Shown: positions 33,102 to 33,616 of the stretch, one piece after another
Layout of the letters: each line of letters begins with the position of its first letter
How positions within the stretch are numbered: position 1 is the stretch's first letter
IMG/VR virus record: IMGVR_UViG_3300046786_000099
Location: 1 to 33,616 of that record
From: a virus
Lineage: Duplodnaviria; Caudoviricetes
Direction: 5' to 3' (one strand)
Length of the DNA stretch: 33,616 nucleotides
The notes under the pieces: model-generated
Told to the model about the DNA's origin: nothing
Database searches by the model: none
What the model saw: only the letters and a program-made list of their open reading frames with translations
Made by a program: the position numbers and the translations under genes

Positions 33102-33330
33102 ACCTGTGGCATATTGGCGGCATCCATCTTCCGTTAAAGAAGGGTGGAATGAATTTAGTGAAACAAGAGCGTTTGATGATGATGTGCCGCTTTATTTAGC
33201 ATCACAAAAGAAAGAATGGGTAGGGCTTACGGATGATGAAATAAAGAATTCAATGCAGGGACACAATACGCAAGTGGAGTTTGCTAAAGCCATAGAAACA
33301 AAATTAAAGGAAAAAAATGGAATGGATTAA
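33094..33330 (+). CDS. Hypothetical protein with the same C-terminal module
   Basis: KPVAY...VPLY N-terminus followed by the shared module. Confidence 0.7.
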   Translation: MDKPVAYWRHPSSVKEGWNEFSETRAFDDDVPLYLASQKKEWVGLTDDEIKNSMQGHNTQVEFAKAIETKLKEKNGMD

Positions 33331-33424
33331 GCCTATATACGTTTTATCTGGCATCTTTTTTGGCATATCATTAACTGCAATTGCTTGCACAGTTGCAATC
33401 ATTTATATTTTTAAGGATAAATAA
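33317..33424 (+). CDS. Small membrane protein, 35 aa (not in ORF track)
   Basis: AAGGA RBS; MEWIKPIYVLSGIFFGISLTAIACTVAIIYIFKDK; TAATG-coupled to the next gene. Confidence 0.55.
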   Translation: MEWIKPIYVLSGIFFGISLTAIACTVAIIYIFKDK

Positions 33425-33616
33425 TGTCAACATTTAAAATTATTGAAATGGATGTTATCCGTTGGGGTGAGGATAGAGGAATTATTCAAAACAGTACGCC
33501 ACTTGCACAATTTGAAAAGACCAAAGAAGAAGTTGCAGAATTAGGCGCAGCACTTGAAAAAAATGATAAAGCAGCAATCATTGATGGAATTGGTGATGTG
33601 CTTGTAACCCTAACCA
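33424..33616 (+). CDS. MazG-like NTP pyrophosphohydrolase (3'-truncated by window)
   Basis: MSTFKIIEMDVIRWGEDRGIIQNSTPLAQFEKTKEEVAEL...IIDGIGDVLVTL; EExxE...DxxxD all-alpha NTP-PPase motif. Confidence 0.85.
   Translation, partial: MSTFKIIEMDVIRWGEDRGIIQNSTPLAQFEKTKEEVAELGAALEKNDKAAIIDGIGDVLVTLT

Noticed and set aside
30757-33127. - strand ORFs within the early arm (30757..30954, 30933..31232, 31266..31460, 31316..31534, 32662..32874, 32825..33127)
   Set aside because: Antisense to ERF, SSB and coupled early genes.
1-33616. Alternative genetic code, DGR/retron, introns or a complete circular genome
   Set aside because: Genes are intact under code 11 and use all three stops; no reverse transcriptase or split core gene was seen; the two window ends do not overlap.

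Overview
The window is most of the genome of an AT-rich, HK97/lambda-like tailed phage (siphovirus architecture). Both ends fall inside + strand genes: an HNH-AP2 endonuclease at the left and a MazG-like pyrophosphatase at the right. The SSB and overall gene set suggest a proteobacterial host, probably a betaproteobacterium (inference). A long - strand arm (29317 to 481) carries Cro-like, O/P-like replication, nuclease, HNH/terminase/portal/protease/capsid, head-tail, tail, tandem 2OG-Fe(II) oxygenase and lysis genes. A + strand early arm (from 29514) carries small genes, ERF and SSB. No integrase or CI repressor is visible. The most unusual signals are: (1) two paralogous HK97-fold capsid genes separated by a terminator, plus two paralogous tail-tube genes; (2) a co-oriented array of five DnaA boxes beside the predicted cos site; (3) several structured non-coding elements, including a tRNA-like T-arm nested in a long hairpin, a double-pseudoknot attenuator upstream of the replication genes, and a duplicated covarying RNA motif; (4) a repeated ~22-nt leader in front of early genes. 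All family assignments come from motif recognition by eye; no database search was run.
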